Source: Escherichia phage vB_EcoM_NBG2. Taken from it: a stretch of DNA of 64,000 nt. The first letter of the stretch is position 1. Every line of letters starts with the position of its first letter. Both the position numbers and the translations under genes were made by a program. Where the stretch lies: the sequence record NC_054925.1; one strand, given 5' to 3'. This document shows, in pieces, positions 10,151-18,620 of the stretch. The notes below the pieces were generated by a model that worked only from the letters and a program-made list of their open reading frames with translations, was not told where the DNA came from and did not search any database.

Positions 10151-10458
10151 CGTAAATTCCCTGCAATTGGTATACTAACAATACGCCCAGTATCTAAAAT
10201 TCGCTGATATAATCTTTGTGTGTCTACGTCAGGCTTAACATGTTTAACTTCTATTTTATTAAACCAAAACTTGCGTGGAGTCTCAACTAATCTTGGAATT
10301 CCCTTACCTAAAGCTAATCGATACTGCTCTTTAAGAGTAGTAAATACTTTATCAGCAATATTCCATTCAAAAAATACAGCAGGACGATGTTCATCAAGCG
10401 GAACTGGCGCCGTAAATCCGTCTTTGTCTCGGTAAACTATCGCATATACATAAACCAT
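10147..10458 (-). CDS. hypothetical protein (dda.1 position)
   Basis: 103 aa ORF, 4-nt overlap with dda. Confidence 0.5.
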   Translation of the reverse strand: MVYVYAIVYRDKDGFTAPVPLDEHRPAVFFEWNIADKVFTTLKEQYRLALGKGIPRLVETPRKFWFNKIEVKHVKPDVDTQRLYQRILDTGRIVSIPIAGNLR

Positions 10459-10459
10459 A

Positions 10460-11206
10460 TTATCCTCGGATAAGTTTAAAAATTGAACAATTTAGCGGAT
10501 ATCCTCTTTTCAGTTTAAGTTTATCAATAAAAGACAAATTTTGATACCGCTCTACACCTTGAATAATTTTATCACACATATCATATTGCATTTCTGCTTC
10601 TGACAGCTTTTTCACAATTTTCCAATCCGAACCTTTAAGAAGAACGTTCAGTTTAACAACTTCAGCGCCTTCTGCTATACGAGAACCATCAATACGAGCT
10701 TTAAGTGCTATAATCGTTAGCTTAACGTCAGAAGTTTGTTTTGATTTAGAAAGCTGAGAAATGTGTTCAATTCGGTTTTCACGTTTTTTCTGTATAGCTT
10801 TAATTTGATTATAGGTCTTTTTGATTTTAGCCCATTTCTTTTCATCTAAATTTAGTTTATGAACTTTTTTCGCAGATGAACGACCAATTCGCAAAGCAAA
10901 TAAATCACGCTTTTCAATCAACTCTTCTAAAGTATAATCAGAACGAAATGTATTATACTTTTTCTTTACTGCAATAACATTCCCTTTAATGTATCCAACG
11001 TTATTATCAAAACGTTCTAATGATAATTTCTCTCCTTCAATACGATTATCAAAAGGTTCTCCCGAGTAAGCACAAACTTTCTGATCTAAAATGTTCTTAA
11101 TGTAATTGAAGTCTAAGTTAAAATCTTTAGAACGTCTTTTTGCAGATGCCTGAGTATGCTCTAGACGACGTTTAATTTTACGAATTTGATTATTAGACAG
11201 CTTCAT
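10460..11206 (-). CDS. srd: Srd-like protein (named by position); contains degenerate HNH-like segment
   Basis: 248 aa, basic and K-rich; segment LSLERFDNNVGYIKGNVIAV resembles HNH-type motifs but lacks an obvious catalytic His. Confidence 0.45.
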   Translation of the reverse strand: MKLSNNQIRKIKRRLEHTQASAKRRSKDFNLDFNYIKNILDQKVCAYSGEPFDNRIEGEKLSLERFDNNVGYIKGNVIAVKKKYNTFRSDYTLEELIEKRDLFALRIGRSSAKKVHKLNLDEKKWAKIKKTYNQIKAIQKKRENRIEHISQLSKSKQTSDVKLTIIALKARIDGSRIAEGAEVVKLNVLLKGSDWKIVKKLSEAEMQYDMCDKIIQGVERYQNLSFIDKLKLKRGYPLNCSIFKLIRG

Positions 11207-11244
11207 ATTTTTCTCACATCTTACGGACGATTTAATACTTTATT

Positions 11245-11274
11245 ACTATAACATTTTTACCTTAACTTGTAAAC
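11245..11274 (-). promoter_or_regulatory. early promoter upstream of srd-like gene
   Basis: GTTTAC, 18 nt, TATAGT. Confidence 0.5.
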
Positions 11275-11331
11275 AACTTTATGTAAAAATGCTTTAAAAA
11301 TTTCATGGTATAATGAATCTAAGTCCTTCCA

Positions 11332-11934
11332 TTATAGATTAAATCCTTCAAAATCAAGAGTATAGATAGTATATGTTGAATACTTTTTATACTCATATCT
11401 ATCTGCAATTCTAAATACACTTCCAGCTGGTATCATTACTTCTTGTTCATCTGAAACTAATTCCATATTACGATAACGATGACTATCCGGAAACTTAAAG
11501 TTTGGATTGTATTCTTTACAACGTAAAGCTTTTATAGCATACTCCTGGAAATTAAACACCATAGGAGCTTTGAATTCAAAAATAACTTGTGTATTGTATT
11601 CTAATCCAGAAGCAAAATGTAGAGCTATATTTTTATCATATGAAGCTGATACGACTTTATCAAATGTAATAATATCAATTCCTTGATTTAATACTTGTTT
11701 AGTCTCAGCTGGAACACCTCTCCAAAGAGGTTTATCGTTTGGAACCAAACGAGATTTGATTATTTCATTTAACCAAGAATGATCGTCTGGTTTATTAGTA
11801 ATACAATGAATTAAAAGTTCAATTTCAGATAAATTAAACCCTTCAGAAAGTAATTCTTCACGAATAGAAGCACGCACCGATGCATCCATTGATTTTATTT
11901 TAAAATCTTTTAGTTGCATTATTGAGTATTTCAT
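11332..11934 (-). CDS. modA: ADP-ribosyltransferase ModA
   Basis: 200 aa; R (WRGV), S-x-S (VVSASYD) and E-x-E (EQEVMIP) ART motif triad. Confidence 0.7.
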   Translation of the reverse strand: MKYSIMQLKDFKIKSMDASVRASIREELLSEGFNLSEIELLIHCITNKPDDHSWLNEIIKSRLVPNDKPLWRGVPAETKQVLNQGIDIITFDKVVSASYDKNIALHFASGLEYNTQVIFEFKAPMVFNFQEYAIKALRCKEYNPNFKFPDSHRYRNMELVSDEQEVMIPAGSVFRIADRYEYKKYSTYTIYTLDFEGFNL

Positions 11935-12554
11935 TCAACTACCTCAATATCATAAACTTTAAATGTTCCAAATGAATCGTGTAATTTTTCTTTTGAAATA
12001 GAAGTTATTCTATACTTTCCAATTGGAATCATCCATTCTTGTTCACGCACAATCATCATTAAGTTATCAGTACGCTCTGAATCTAGCCCATCAGTATCTT
12101 CATACGTGTACTTAAACTCAGTATTAGGAGAAGAAAGTATAATATCGCTGATATGGTCAGAATAATTAAAAGCTTTATCAGTTTTTAAGCGAAATATTAT
12201 TTCAGTGAAATACTCAACATAAGAAAAACCACATGCTGTGTGCAAACTAGTAGTAAATGAATCTACCCTGTTCGTTGAAAACACTTCTCCAACTTGTAAA
12301 TCTTTAATAAGTTCTTCTGTTGATTTTGATATACCACGATATAACTGATAAGGTGATTTAGTTAAATGCTTTTTAATGATTTTATTCAACTGCCGATGAA
12401 GAGCTTCATTCTTTTTGGCTTCCATACATTGCCAAAGAATTGACTGCTCAAAGTCAGTAAATTTTTCACAGACTTTTTTATACATATCATATTGAAAATC
12501 AACGCTTTCAGCTTTTATAGATAACTGTTCAACATCTGCAAGATTAATAATCAT
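11931..12554 (-). CDS. modB: ADP-ribosyltransferase ModB
   Basis: 207 aa; R (LYRGI), STS-like (FSTNRVDSFTTS), EQEWMIP; 4-nt overlap with modA. Confidence 0.7.
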   Translation of the reverse strand: MIINLADVEQLSIKAESVDFQYDMYKKVCEKFTDFEQSILWQCMEAKKNEALHRQLNKIIKKHLTKSPYQLYRGISKSTEELIKDLQVGEVFSTNRVDSFTTSLHTACGFSYVEYFTEIIFRLKTDKAFNYSDHISDIILSSPNTEFKYTYEDTDGLDSERTDNLMMIVREQEWMIPIGKYRITSISKEKLHDSFGTFKVYDIEVVE

Positions 12555-12580
12555 GATAGCCTCCGTATACTTCAGAAGCT

Positions 12581-12610
12581 ATCATATCATCGTTAGAAAG
12601 GAAAGTAAAC
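12581..12610 (-). promoter_or_regulatory. early promoter upstream of modB
   Basis: GTTTAC, 18 nt, TATGAT. Confidence 0.5.
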
Positions 12611-12621
12611 AACTTTTTGAA

Positions 12622-12804
12622 TTATTTTGCCCAGGGAGCCCAAGGCGGAGGGTCAAGATGGTATGAAGCTAGTTCTTCTAGAAGAGCATCTGGGGCTTCA
12701 ATTCCATAATTCTGTAATACTATACGGTACTCTTTCTTATAATCACTAGAATCATTCTGGTTATTCGTAGAATGATTATCTTCTAACATCTCAAATAAAT
12801 CCAT
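12622..12804 (-). CDS. hypothetical protein
   Basis: 60 aa ORF. Confidence 0.45.
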   Translation of the reverse strand: MDLFEMLEDNHSTNNQNDSSDYKKEYRIVLQNYGIEAPDALLEELASYHLDPPPWAPWAK

Positions 12805-12812
12805 ATTAATTC

Positions 12813-13283
12813 CTAGCGATAAAAACCAAATTGACGATTAGCTTCAATAATCTTTCTTTCTTCTTCGGACATTCTCCAGCGTAGTCCAACGTCAAAATGA
12901 GCCCAGACCATCTTAACAAATGCATTTATATCTTTAATATCTTCAATAATGAATGTTTTACTTTTCGAAGGTTGACTCGCTAATTTAACTTTATCATCTT
13001 CAAACAGGTCAAAAAGACCATATTCATGAGCTCTTTTATAGCCTTTAATAGTTAAAGCTTCAGAAGAAGAAAACGGTGAATCAGTATTCTGCAAAATATC
13101 TTCAGTATGCTTTATAATTAGAATAATATTTTCTGGATATTTTCTTTCTTTTATATCTTTAATTAAAAAATCCGGATTTTCTGCTAAAGGAATAATTAAT
13201 GAGCATTTTTTATCAAGTGTATTTACTGATTTACCTTCTTTAGACATAAATTCTATTGAATAATGTTTTGCTACTTCAATCAT
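12813..13283 (-). CDS. hypothetical protein
   Basis: 156 aa ORF. Confidence 0.5.
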   Translation of the reverse strand: MIEVAKHYSIEFMSKEGKSVNTLDKKCSLIIPLAENPDFLIKDIKERKYPENIILIIKHTEDILQNTDSPFSSSEALTIKGYKRAHEYGLFDLFEDDKVKLASQPSKSKTFIIEDIKDINAFVKMVWAHFDVGLRWRMSEEERKIIEANRQFGFYR

Positions 13284-13428
13284 GTGATTTCCTTTTGCCT
13301 ACTAATGGACCATCGGGAATTTTGTTTTCCTGGATATATTTCTCATTTTCTTCCATCATTTTACTGCCAATTTTAAGAAGCAAATCCAGTGCTTCATTTG
13401 CTTTAGCTTTAGCCTCTTCCAGCGTCAT
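13276..13428 (-). CDS. small hypothetical ORF (50 aa)
   Basis: hand-translated; ATGATTGA overlap with downstream gene start. Confidence 0.35.
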   Translation of the reverse strand: MTLEEAKAKANEALDLLLKIGSKMMEENEKYIQENKIPDGPLVGKRKSHD

Positions 13429-13436
13429 ATCTTTGT

Positions 13437-13640
13437 TCACGATTTATCCCCATAGATGTCTCTCATCAATTTAAGCGCTGAGCGTTCTAATTTCTTTTCT
13501 TTCTCAGCACTAATCATTGATTTCATCCATTCTTCCGATTCGTTCTGCATTTCTTTATTTGCTTGTTCAACCCAGCCATCATCAATATACATTGAGTTTG
13601 GTCTATTGAACCATTCAAGAATCTTCTTGAGAGCTTTCAT
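13437..13640 (-). CDS. hypothetical protein
   Basis: 67 aa ORF. Confidence 0.45.
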   Translation of the reverse strand: MKALKKILEWFNRPNSMYIDDGWVEQANKEMQNESEEWMKSMISAEKEKKLERSALKLMRDIYGDKS

Positions 13641-14100
13641 TTATTTTACCTAAAACAATAGTAGGAGCATCGTCAAATTTATGAATTTTTAGTAAATTTG
13701 GATGTAAACTATTCCATACAGAAGAAATAAAGTATGATAAAGCATCTTCACTCGCAATTATAAATTTATTTCCTTTATCTATTTTCCAATTATATACTGA
13801 ATCGTACGAATAAAAAGATAAAGGTTTATCATTATATTGTTCTGCGCTAACATTAATGTATTCTGATTTAGTAAATGCTTCAATTGCTCTAAACGGAATA
13901 TTTGGTACAGTTTCAATAATACCAATCTTTTTAAGTTTTATTTCAGCATCTTCTGGAACTGGCATTGAAACGAAATTTTCTACGAGATACATTGGGTCAC
14001 AATAACCCTTATCAATCATTACTGCTACAGTAATTGGAACATCTTTAGCAAATGACAAACTATTACTGCTAATATACATTTCAAACAAAATCGCTTCCAT
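13615..14100 (-). CDS. hypothetical protein (possibly Mrh-like by size and position)
   Basis: Track ORF trimmed to M5 with GAGGA SD, giving 161 aa. Confidence 0.45.
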   Translation of the reverse strand: MEAILFEMYISSNSLSFAKDVPITVAVMIDKGYCDPMYLVENFVSMPVPEDAEIKLKKIGIIETVPNIPFRAIEAFTKSEYINVSAEQYNDKPLSFYSYDSVYNWKIDKGNKFIIASEDALSYFISSVWNSLHPNLLKIHKFDDAPTIVLGKINESSQEDS

Positions 14101-14108
14101 AATTTTCC

Positions 14109-14447
14109 TCAATCACAAGATGTAGATGAACAACTAGAATCACAAGAACTTCCACATGAATCGCCCGTCCACACATGAACAGGAACATTAGTATCATATG
14201 AATCAGAACTAGACTGTGTATTCTGCGTATTAGATGATGTAGGTGTTGACCAACGCCAAGGATTTTTATAATATTCCTGGGCTTCTTCATAAGTCATAGT
14301 AACTGCTTCTACTGTTCCATCTCCCATATAAACATATTCAACTACAGTTAAAGGAAGGTAGTCATTTGAAATAGGAACTACACCTTCTCCGGGAGTTGTA
14401 GAGAAAAAATCCGTAAAGAAACTTTTAAACCAATTAAAGATAAACAT
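14109..14447 (-). CDS. hypothetical protein with hydrophobic N-terminus and Cys/Ser-rich tail
   Basis: Trimmed to M16 (TAATG coupling with upstream stop); C-terminus [15 protein letters not shown]. Confidence 0.45.
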   Translation of the reverse strand: MFIFNWFKSFFTDFFSTTPGEGVVPISNDYLPLTVVEYVYMGDGTVEAVTMTYEEAQEYYKNPWRWSTPTSSNTQNTQSSSDSYDTNVPVHVWTGDSCGSSCDSSCSSTSCD

Positions 14448-14659
14448 TACAAAAAGCCTCTTTGAAATTCGACTCTTTGAAATCCACCCCAATCAGTGTA
14501 TCGCATTTCAGCATTGAACTCGACTGAACCATCTGCATGCATCATGAATGAATGCGTGACGATATCACAATCCCAGCTTTTCATACCCCATTTATCAGAG
14601 ATAGCTTTATCAAGAACCTTCTGGAGGTCTTCATTTGGTTTAATCCAACGATTTAACAT
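14447..14659 (-). CDS. hypothetical protein
   Basis: 70 aa; GAGGAG SD; early promoter upstream. Confidence 0.5.
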   Translation of the reverse strand: MLNRWIKPNEDLQKVLDKAISDKWGMKSWDCDIVTHSFMMHADGSVEFNAEMRYTDWGGFQRVEFQRGFL

Positions 14660-14685
14660 AGTGTTCTCCTCTATAAGATATTTTT

Positions 14686-14715
14686 ATTATACCACACTCA
14701 TTTTGACATGTAAAC
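14686..14715 (-). promoter_or_regulatory. early promoter
   Basis: GTTTAC, 18 nt, TGGTATAAT. Confidence 0.55.
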
Positions 14716-14728
14716 CATAAAATGAAAA

Positions 14729-14750
14729 AAGGAATCCCGGAGGATTCCTT
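14729..14750 (-). terminator. intrinsic terminator downstream of soc
   Basis: 9-bp stem AAGGAATCC/GGATTCCTT, 4-nt loop, followed on minus strand by UUUUCAUUUUAU. Confidence 0.6.
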
Positions 14751-14757
14751 AAATTAT

Positions 14758-14994
14758 TTAACCATCTATTGATGTAGGCGTAAACATTGCAGCATTCTTA
14801 GTTTTCCAGTCAGCTGCATCAGAAACTACAGTAGAATATGCTGCCTTTTCAGAAGGAAAGGTCTGATAATGAGAATCTGCAATACGATGCTCGTTAGAAT
14901 AGATTTCAAACGGAACAGAAACTTCCATACCTTTAACTTCTTTGCCTTCACCTGCTGGATGAGTAAAGGTCTTTATATTAACGAAACCACCCAT
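14758..14994 (-). CDS. soc: small outer capsid protein Soc
   Basis: 78 aa; VNIKTF and HYQTFPSEKAAYSTV motifs as recalled for Soc; TATAAATA late promoter upstream, hairpin plus U-tract downstream. Confidence 0.75.
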   Translation of the reverse strand: MGGFVNIKTFTHPAGEGKEVKGMEVSVPFEIYSNEHRIADSHYQTFPSEKAAYSTVVSDAADWKTKNAAMFTPTSIDG

Positions 14995-15025
14995 AATAAA
15001 CTCCTTTATTGTTTAATTACAGGTG

Positions 15026-15033
15026 TATTTATA
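15026..15033 (-). promoter_or_regulatory. late promoter TATAAATA for soc
   Basis: exact TATAAATA on minus strand about 30 nt upstream of soc start. Confidence 0.55.
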
Positions 15034-15207
15034 TCAATCTTCAATGAAAACTTGTGCCAGGAATTCATGCTCATCTTGAATTTGTTTATATAAAGCCATT
15101 ACAGCATTTATGTTAGAGCTATCTACTTTAAGTTGATAAGCATACCACTCATGTAAATTAATTAAAGCTTTTTGACGTCTAATAAATTCTTCTTTGGATA
15201 TTTTCAT
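15034..15207 (-). CDS. small hypothetical ORF (57 aa)
   Basis: hand-translated; ATGA overlap with upstream stop. Confidence 0.35.
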   Translation of the reverse strand: MKISKEEFIRRQKALINLHEWYAYQLKVDSSNINAVMALYKQIQDEHEFLAQVFIED

Positions 15208-15413
15208 TTTGAATGCTCTATAATTAATTTTAAGGCTTCTTCACTGACAAAAATTTCGTCAGGACCTTTTTCTACAACCCAATCAACCCAATCAACCATA
15301 CGAAGCTGATTAGAAAAGAGCTCACATACGAGCTCCTTGTCATAATCTTTAAATAGCTGGTCAATACGCTTCTTGCGGGCTTTCTTGAGCTGGCGTTTAT
15401 TTAAACGAGCCAT
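15204..15413 (-). CDS. hypothetical protein
   Basis: 69 aa basic ORF. Confidence 0.45.
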   Translation of the reverse strand: MARLNKRQLKKARKKRIDQLFKDYDKELVCELFSNQLRMVDWVDWVVEKGPDEIFVSEEALKLIIEHSK

Positions 15414-15931
15414 TAATATCCTCTGTCTTGACGAGCGAAGTTTTCAGCATTTTTCAGATAATAAAGTTTAAAGATTTCCTCAGCTGACATTCCAAGAGCA
15501 ATGAATTTATTCATGAAAAAGTGAAATTGATCAATCAGTTCAAATTTAATTTCAAGCTGATCTTCGGGAGATAAATCTTGAATTTTCTTGGATTGCATTT
15601 CAGAATAACGTTTCTTCCAAGGTTTCCATACGGCAGAAGCTTCTTTTTCACCATTACTCATACCACCAAGAGAAGTATATAGCTCGCGAGTTTCATCTGC
15701 GATATAATCGTCTTGGTTTCGCAACCAAGCAAGAACTTCTCCTGCAGTTTCAAGTGAATCAGGATGACGATTTGTTTCTGGTTTATCATTAGCCAAACGA
15801 ATCTGTAAAGACCGCTGCATATCAAGCATAACCTGCAATGGGTCAATATTGTGCATAATATTCTCAGCATATGCACGAGTTGCTTTATCAACACCTTCGA
15901 TCAAATGAGCACATTCATTAAAGTGAGCCAT
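15413..15931 (-). CDS. 56: dCTP pyrophosphatase (gene 56, MazG-like)
   Basis: Track ORF trimmed to M32 (AAGGA SD), giving 172 aa, close to T4 gp56 size. Confidence 0.75.
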   Translation of the reverse strand: MAHFNECAHLIEGVDKATRAYAENIMHNIDPLQVMLDMQRSLQIRLANDKPETNRHPDSLETAGEVLAWLRNQDDYIADETRELYTSLGGMSNGEKEASAVWKPWKKRYSEMQSKKIQDLSPEDQLEIKFELIDQFHFFMNKFIALGMSAEEIFKLYYLKNAENFARQDRGY

Positions 15932-15961
15932 TATTTTTCCTTTCAATTCATGGATTAATAG

Positions 15962-15990
15962 ATTAATTATACAATAAATATATAAAGCAA
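15962..15990 (-). promoter_or_regulatory. MotA-dependent middle promoter candidate for gene 56
   Basis: TTGCTTTAT box and TATAAT-like -10 on minus strand. Confidence 0.35.
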
Positions 15991-16002
15991 TAAGGAGGAC
16001 AT

Positions 16003-16203
16003 ATGGTACAAAAATTAATGGCACTTGTTAATGCCATAAAAGGTAATAAGAAACGTATAGCTTTTACTATTTCTGCTATGATAGGAATTTTACTTTGGAA
16101 TTTTGTTCTATCACCTGTTGCAATTGCACATGGTATTAATATTCCAGTAGTTACTCTTGATACATTCGTAGATTTAGCATTTGCTTTAGTTGGGTTAATT
16201 TAA
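16003..16203 (+). CDS. small hydrophobic protein (two predicted TM segments), plus strand
   Basis: 66 aa; strong AAGGAGG SD 7 nt upstream of ATG; stop overlaps primase stop (TTAA); only credible plus-strand ORF in the window. Confidence 0.35.
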   Translation: MVQKLMALVNAIKGNKKRIAFTISAMIGILLWNFVLSPVAIAHGINIPVVTLDTFVDLAFALVGLI

Positions 16204-17228
16204 ATCTTGGCATATTTAGATAACCGCATTTTAGCCATCAACCCCTGGGCAATATTATTTTTCATATATTCCATAATTTGTTCAGGGGTTGCACCTTCCT
16301 TTCTAATCATATCATTAACATCTTTTGATTTCCAGGGAGATTTATCCCAAAACATAACCCTTTCTCCTGCATCAACTAATTTAGTCATTCGCTTAATAGT
16401 GTCAGGATGACGAGGTTCATTATCTAAAACCCACACACGTCTATCTTTAAATGGAACAACTTCTAGGTCTAATTGACCACCTGTAATAGCTATACCATTT
16501 TCAATAAAAAGTGAATCTATAGGTCCTTCTAGAACATATACATCACCATCTTTAACTCGTTCGACTCCATAGATTTTTGTTGCCTCAGGATAAGCTTTGA
16601 TGGTGATATATTTTTGAGGAGCATCTTTCTTTAATGCACGTCCTTGAAAAGACTCAGCTTTTCCATTAGCATTATAAATTGGAATAACAAGACGAGGCTC
16701 AGGTATTTCCTTTTTATATGTTCCTGGTGCTATACTATTAACTAATTTAGGCCATTCAGTTGTAAACCAAAGATATTTCCATTTATCCTTTGGAATACAA
16801 CGAGCTTTTACGTATTTTATAATTGGATGGTCTTCCGCCAATTTATCTAGTCTAATGCATGACGGAAGAGATTTAATTATTTTCTTCTCAGGTTGTTTAG
16901 GAAGTTCTTTAGGTTTTTCTACTGGACGACTTTTACCTTTTTCTTTTCTTATTTCAAAGATATACTCACGATATAAATCAGGTTCAAACTCCTTTAAATA
17001 TATTCCGATTGGTGCATGATAGTTACAGTTATAACAATGAATATTTCCTTCATTATTATCACCATAATACCATCCACGAGCTTTATTCTGGTCGGTTTTT
17101 GAATCTCCACAAACAGGGCATCTAAACCGCAATTTAAAAGTTGAACTATTATTTACTTGTGTGAATTTAGGTAAATGAGCTAATGCACGATACGCAAACT
17201 CATTATCAATCCAAGGTATTGATGACAT
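16200..17228 (-). CDS. 61: DNA primase (gene 61)
   Basis: 342 aa; zinc-ribbon CPVCGD...CYNC then TOPRIM-like core; size as T4 gp61. Confidence 0.85.
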   Translation of the reverse strand: MSSIPWIDNEFAYRALAHLPKFTQVNNSSTFKLRFRCPVCGDSKTDQNKARGWYYGDNNEGNIHCYNCNYHAPIGIYLKEFEPDLYREYIFEIRKEKGKSRPVEKPKELPKQPEKKIIKSLPSCIRLDKLAEDHPIIKYVKARCIPKDKWKYLWFTTEWPKLVNSIAPGTYKKEIPEPRLVIPIYNANGKAESFQGRALKKDAPQKYITIKAYPEATKIYGVERVKDGDVYVLEGPIDSLFIENGIAITGGQLDLEVVPFKDRRVWVLDNEPRHPDTIKRMTKLVDAGERVMFWDKSPWKSKDVNDMIRKEGATPEQIMEYMKNNIAQGLMAKMRLSKYAKI

Positions 17229-17230
17229 TT

Positions 17231-17395
17231 TTACTCTTCTTTTTCTTTAGATTCCTCTTTTTTCTTTTTAGGAATCTGCTCAGGACCTTTATTTACTACA
17301 GAGCCTGACGTTGTTCCAGTAGAGATATTTTCAGGATTACCACCTGAATCTCCAGCGACCATATCTTCTTTGATAAATTCTTTATATGTTTTCAT
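17231..17395 (-). CDS. small protein with capsid-targeting-sequence-like N-terminus
   Basis: 54 aa hand-translated ORF; starts MKTYKEFIKE, similar to the MKTYQEFI start of the internal-protein ORF at 60763-61236; coupled to flanking genes. Confidence 0.4.
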   Translation of the reverse strand: MKTYKEFIKEDMVAGDSGGNPENISTGTTSGSVVNKGPEQIPKKKKEESKEKEE

Positions 17396-17396
17396 A

Positions 17397-17753
17397 TTAA
17401 CCTCTATTCATAAAAGCATTAAAAATTTGGTCATCAATAGATGGTGCAGTAATATTTTCTGCATCATTTAGCAAATCATTAATTTCATCAGATAGCATAA
17501 CACATGTACCTTTATTTCCTGTAATTGTTACTGCGCAATTACGAACGTTTTCTTTATTAAATTTTAGGTTAATATTTTCGTAATGAAAATCCTTTAATGC
17601 TGAATATATTTTTAAAATAAAATTGTCTTTTACTACAATAAACCCAACCTCACTATTAAAACGTGGTTCATGGAAACTGTAATAAACCTTTTCATCTATA
17701 AAATCGTATGAAATTTTTTCCATTTTTAAATATGAAAATTCAGAACTATACAT
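17397..17753 (-). CDS. hypothetical protein
   Basis: 118 aa ORF. Confidence 0.5.
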   Translation of the reverse strand: MYSSEFSYLKMEKISYDFIDEKVYYSFHEPRFNSEVGFIVVKDNFILKIYSALKDFHYENINLKFNKENVRNCAVTITGNKGTCVMLSDEINDLLNDAENITAPSIDDQIFNAFMNRG

Positions 17754-17765
17754 ACTAACCTCTAA

Positions 17766-18059
17766 TTACTCACCTACCACTTCAGCGATGATATTTTTGT
17801 TATTAAAGTTTTTATCGCAATACAGAACATAATTATACTGCATTACACCACCAGACTTAAGCTGTTTTTGCACTTCGGCTTTCATTTCAGGACGATCGCG
17901 CTCAACGATATTCATAATATCTGCTTCAATTTGAGTTTCAACCTCAGTCTGATCAGCAGTCATAGACCATTCGCACAAATCTTTATCATAACCTGCCATA
18001 GCAGGCTGAGCAGCACAAGAAGATAAAGCAAAAATTGTAGCAAAGATAAATTTTTTCAT
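17766..18059 (-). CDS. sp: periplasmic protein, Spackle-like
   Basis: 97 aa; cleavable signal peptide (…AAQPAMA); size and position as T4 sp. Confidence 0.6.
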   Translation of the reverse strand: MKKFIFATIFALSSCAAQPAMAGYDKDLCEWSMTADQTEVETQIEADIMNIVERDRPEMKAEVQKQLKSGGVMQYNYVLYCDKNFNNKNIIAEVVGE

Positions 18060-18119
18060 GATAATCTCCTCAGCAGTTTATGTTTATATAGTATCTCAAT
18101 TTCCAACAAAAGTAAACAG

Positions 18120-18377
18120 TTATTTTAAAACTTCTGCGTAATCACATGTTACAAACTGTTTCTCTAGCTTAACGATCTTACGAAAATACCTTTTACACTG
18201 ACGAATCTGTCGCTTCGTAGGACGTACAGCAAACTTAATAAATTCAACTCGACCAAATGGAGGACTTTCTTCTGCTGGAATATCTAACACCAATTCCCAC
18301 GTATCTGAAATAAGTGCTTTGAATTGCGTATTTTTCCTGACGTTATACGGAGTAGGTTTAAATAAAACAATATGCAT
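18120..18377 (-). CDS. hypothetical protein
   Basis: Trimmed to M15 immediately after dmd stop; 85 aa. Confidence 0.45.
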   Translation of the reverse strand: MHIVLFKPTPYNVRKNTQFKALISDTWELVLDIPAEESPPFGRVEFIKFAVRPTKRQIRQCKRYFRKIVKLEKQFVTCDYAEVLK

Positions 18378-18378
18378 A

Positions 18379-18561
18379 TTATCCTCGGCAATCCACTTCA
18401 CACACTTTCTTGTCATCAATGAAAGCTTTAACTAATGCTTTATTAACTTCGGCATATTGAGTAGTAGCCCATTGAACGTCATCTTTCATCATTGTAGTTT
18501 CTTTAGTAAACATGCTTTCATTCTTAAACCACCCCATAAAAACTACCTTTACCAATTCCAT
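18379..18561 (-). CDS. dmd: Dmd-like small protein (anti-RnlA/LsoA antitoxin analog)
   Basis: 60 aa; position immediately downstream of gene 41 as in T4; GAGGAG SD. Confidence 0.55.
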   Translation of the reverse strand: MELVKVVFMGWFKNESMFTKETTMMKDDVQWATTQYAEVNKALVKAFIDDKKVCEVDCRG

Positions 18562-18590
18562 AACAATCTCCTCATTTAACCAACAAGACT

Positions 18591-18620
18591 ACTATACCAT
18601 AGTCTTGTCAGCTTGTAAAC
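18591..18620 (-). promoter_or_regulatory. early promoter upstream of dmd
   Basis: GTTTAC, 18 nt, TGGTATAGT. Confidence 0.55.

Noticed and set aside
14081-14290. 69-aa ORF in a second frame across the mrh-like / Cys-rich gene junction
   Set aside because: Alternative-frame overlap with two better-supported genes and no RBS.
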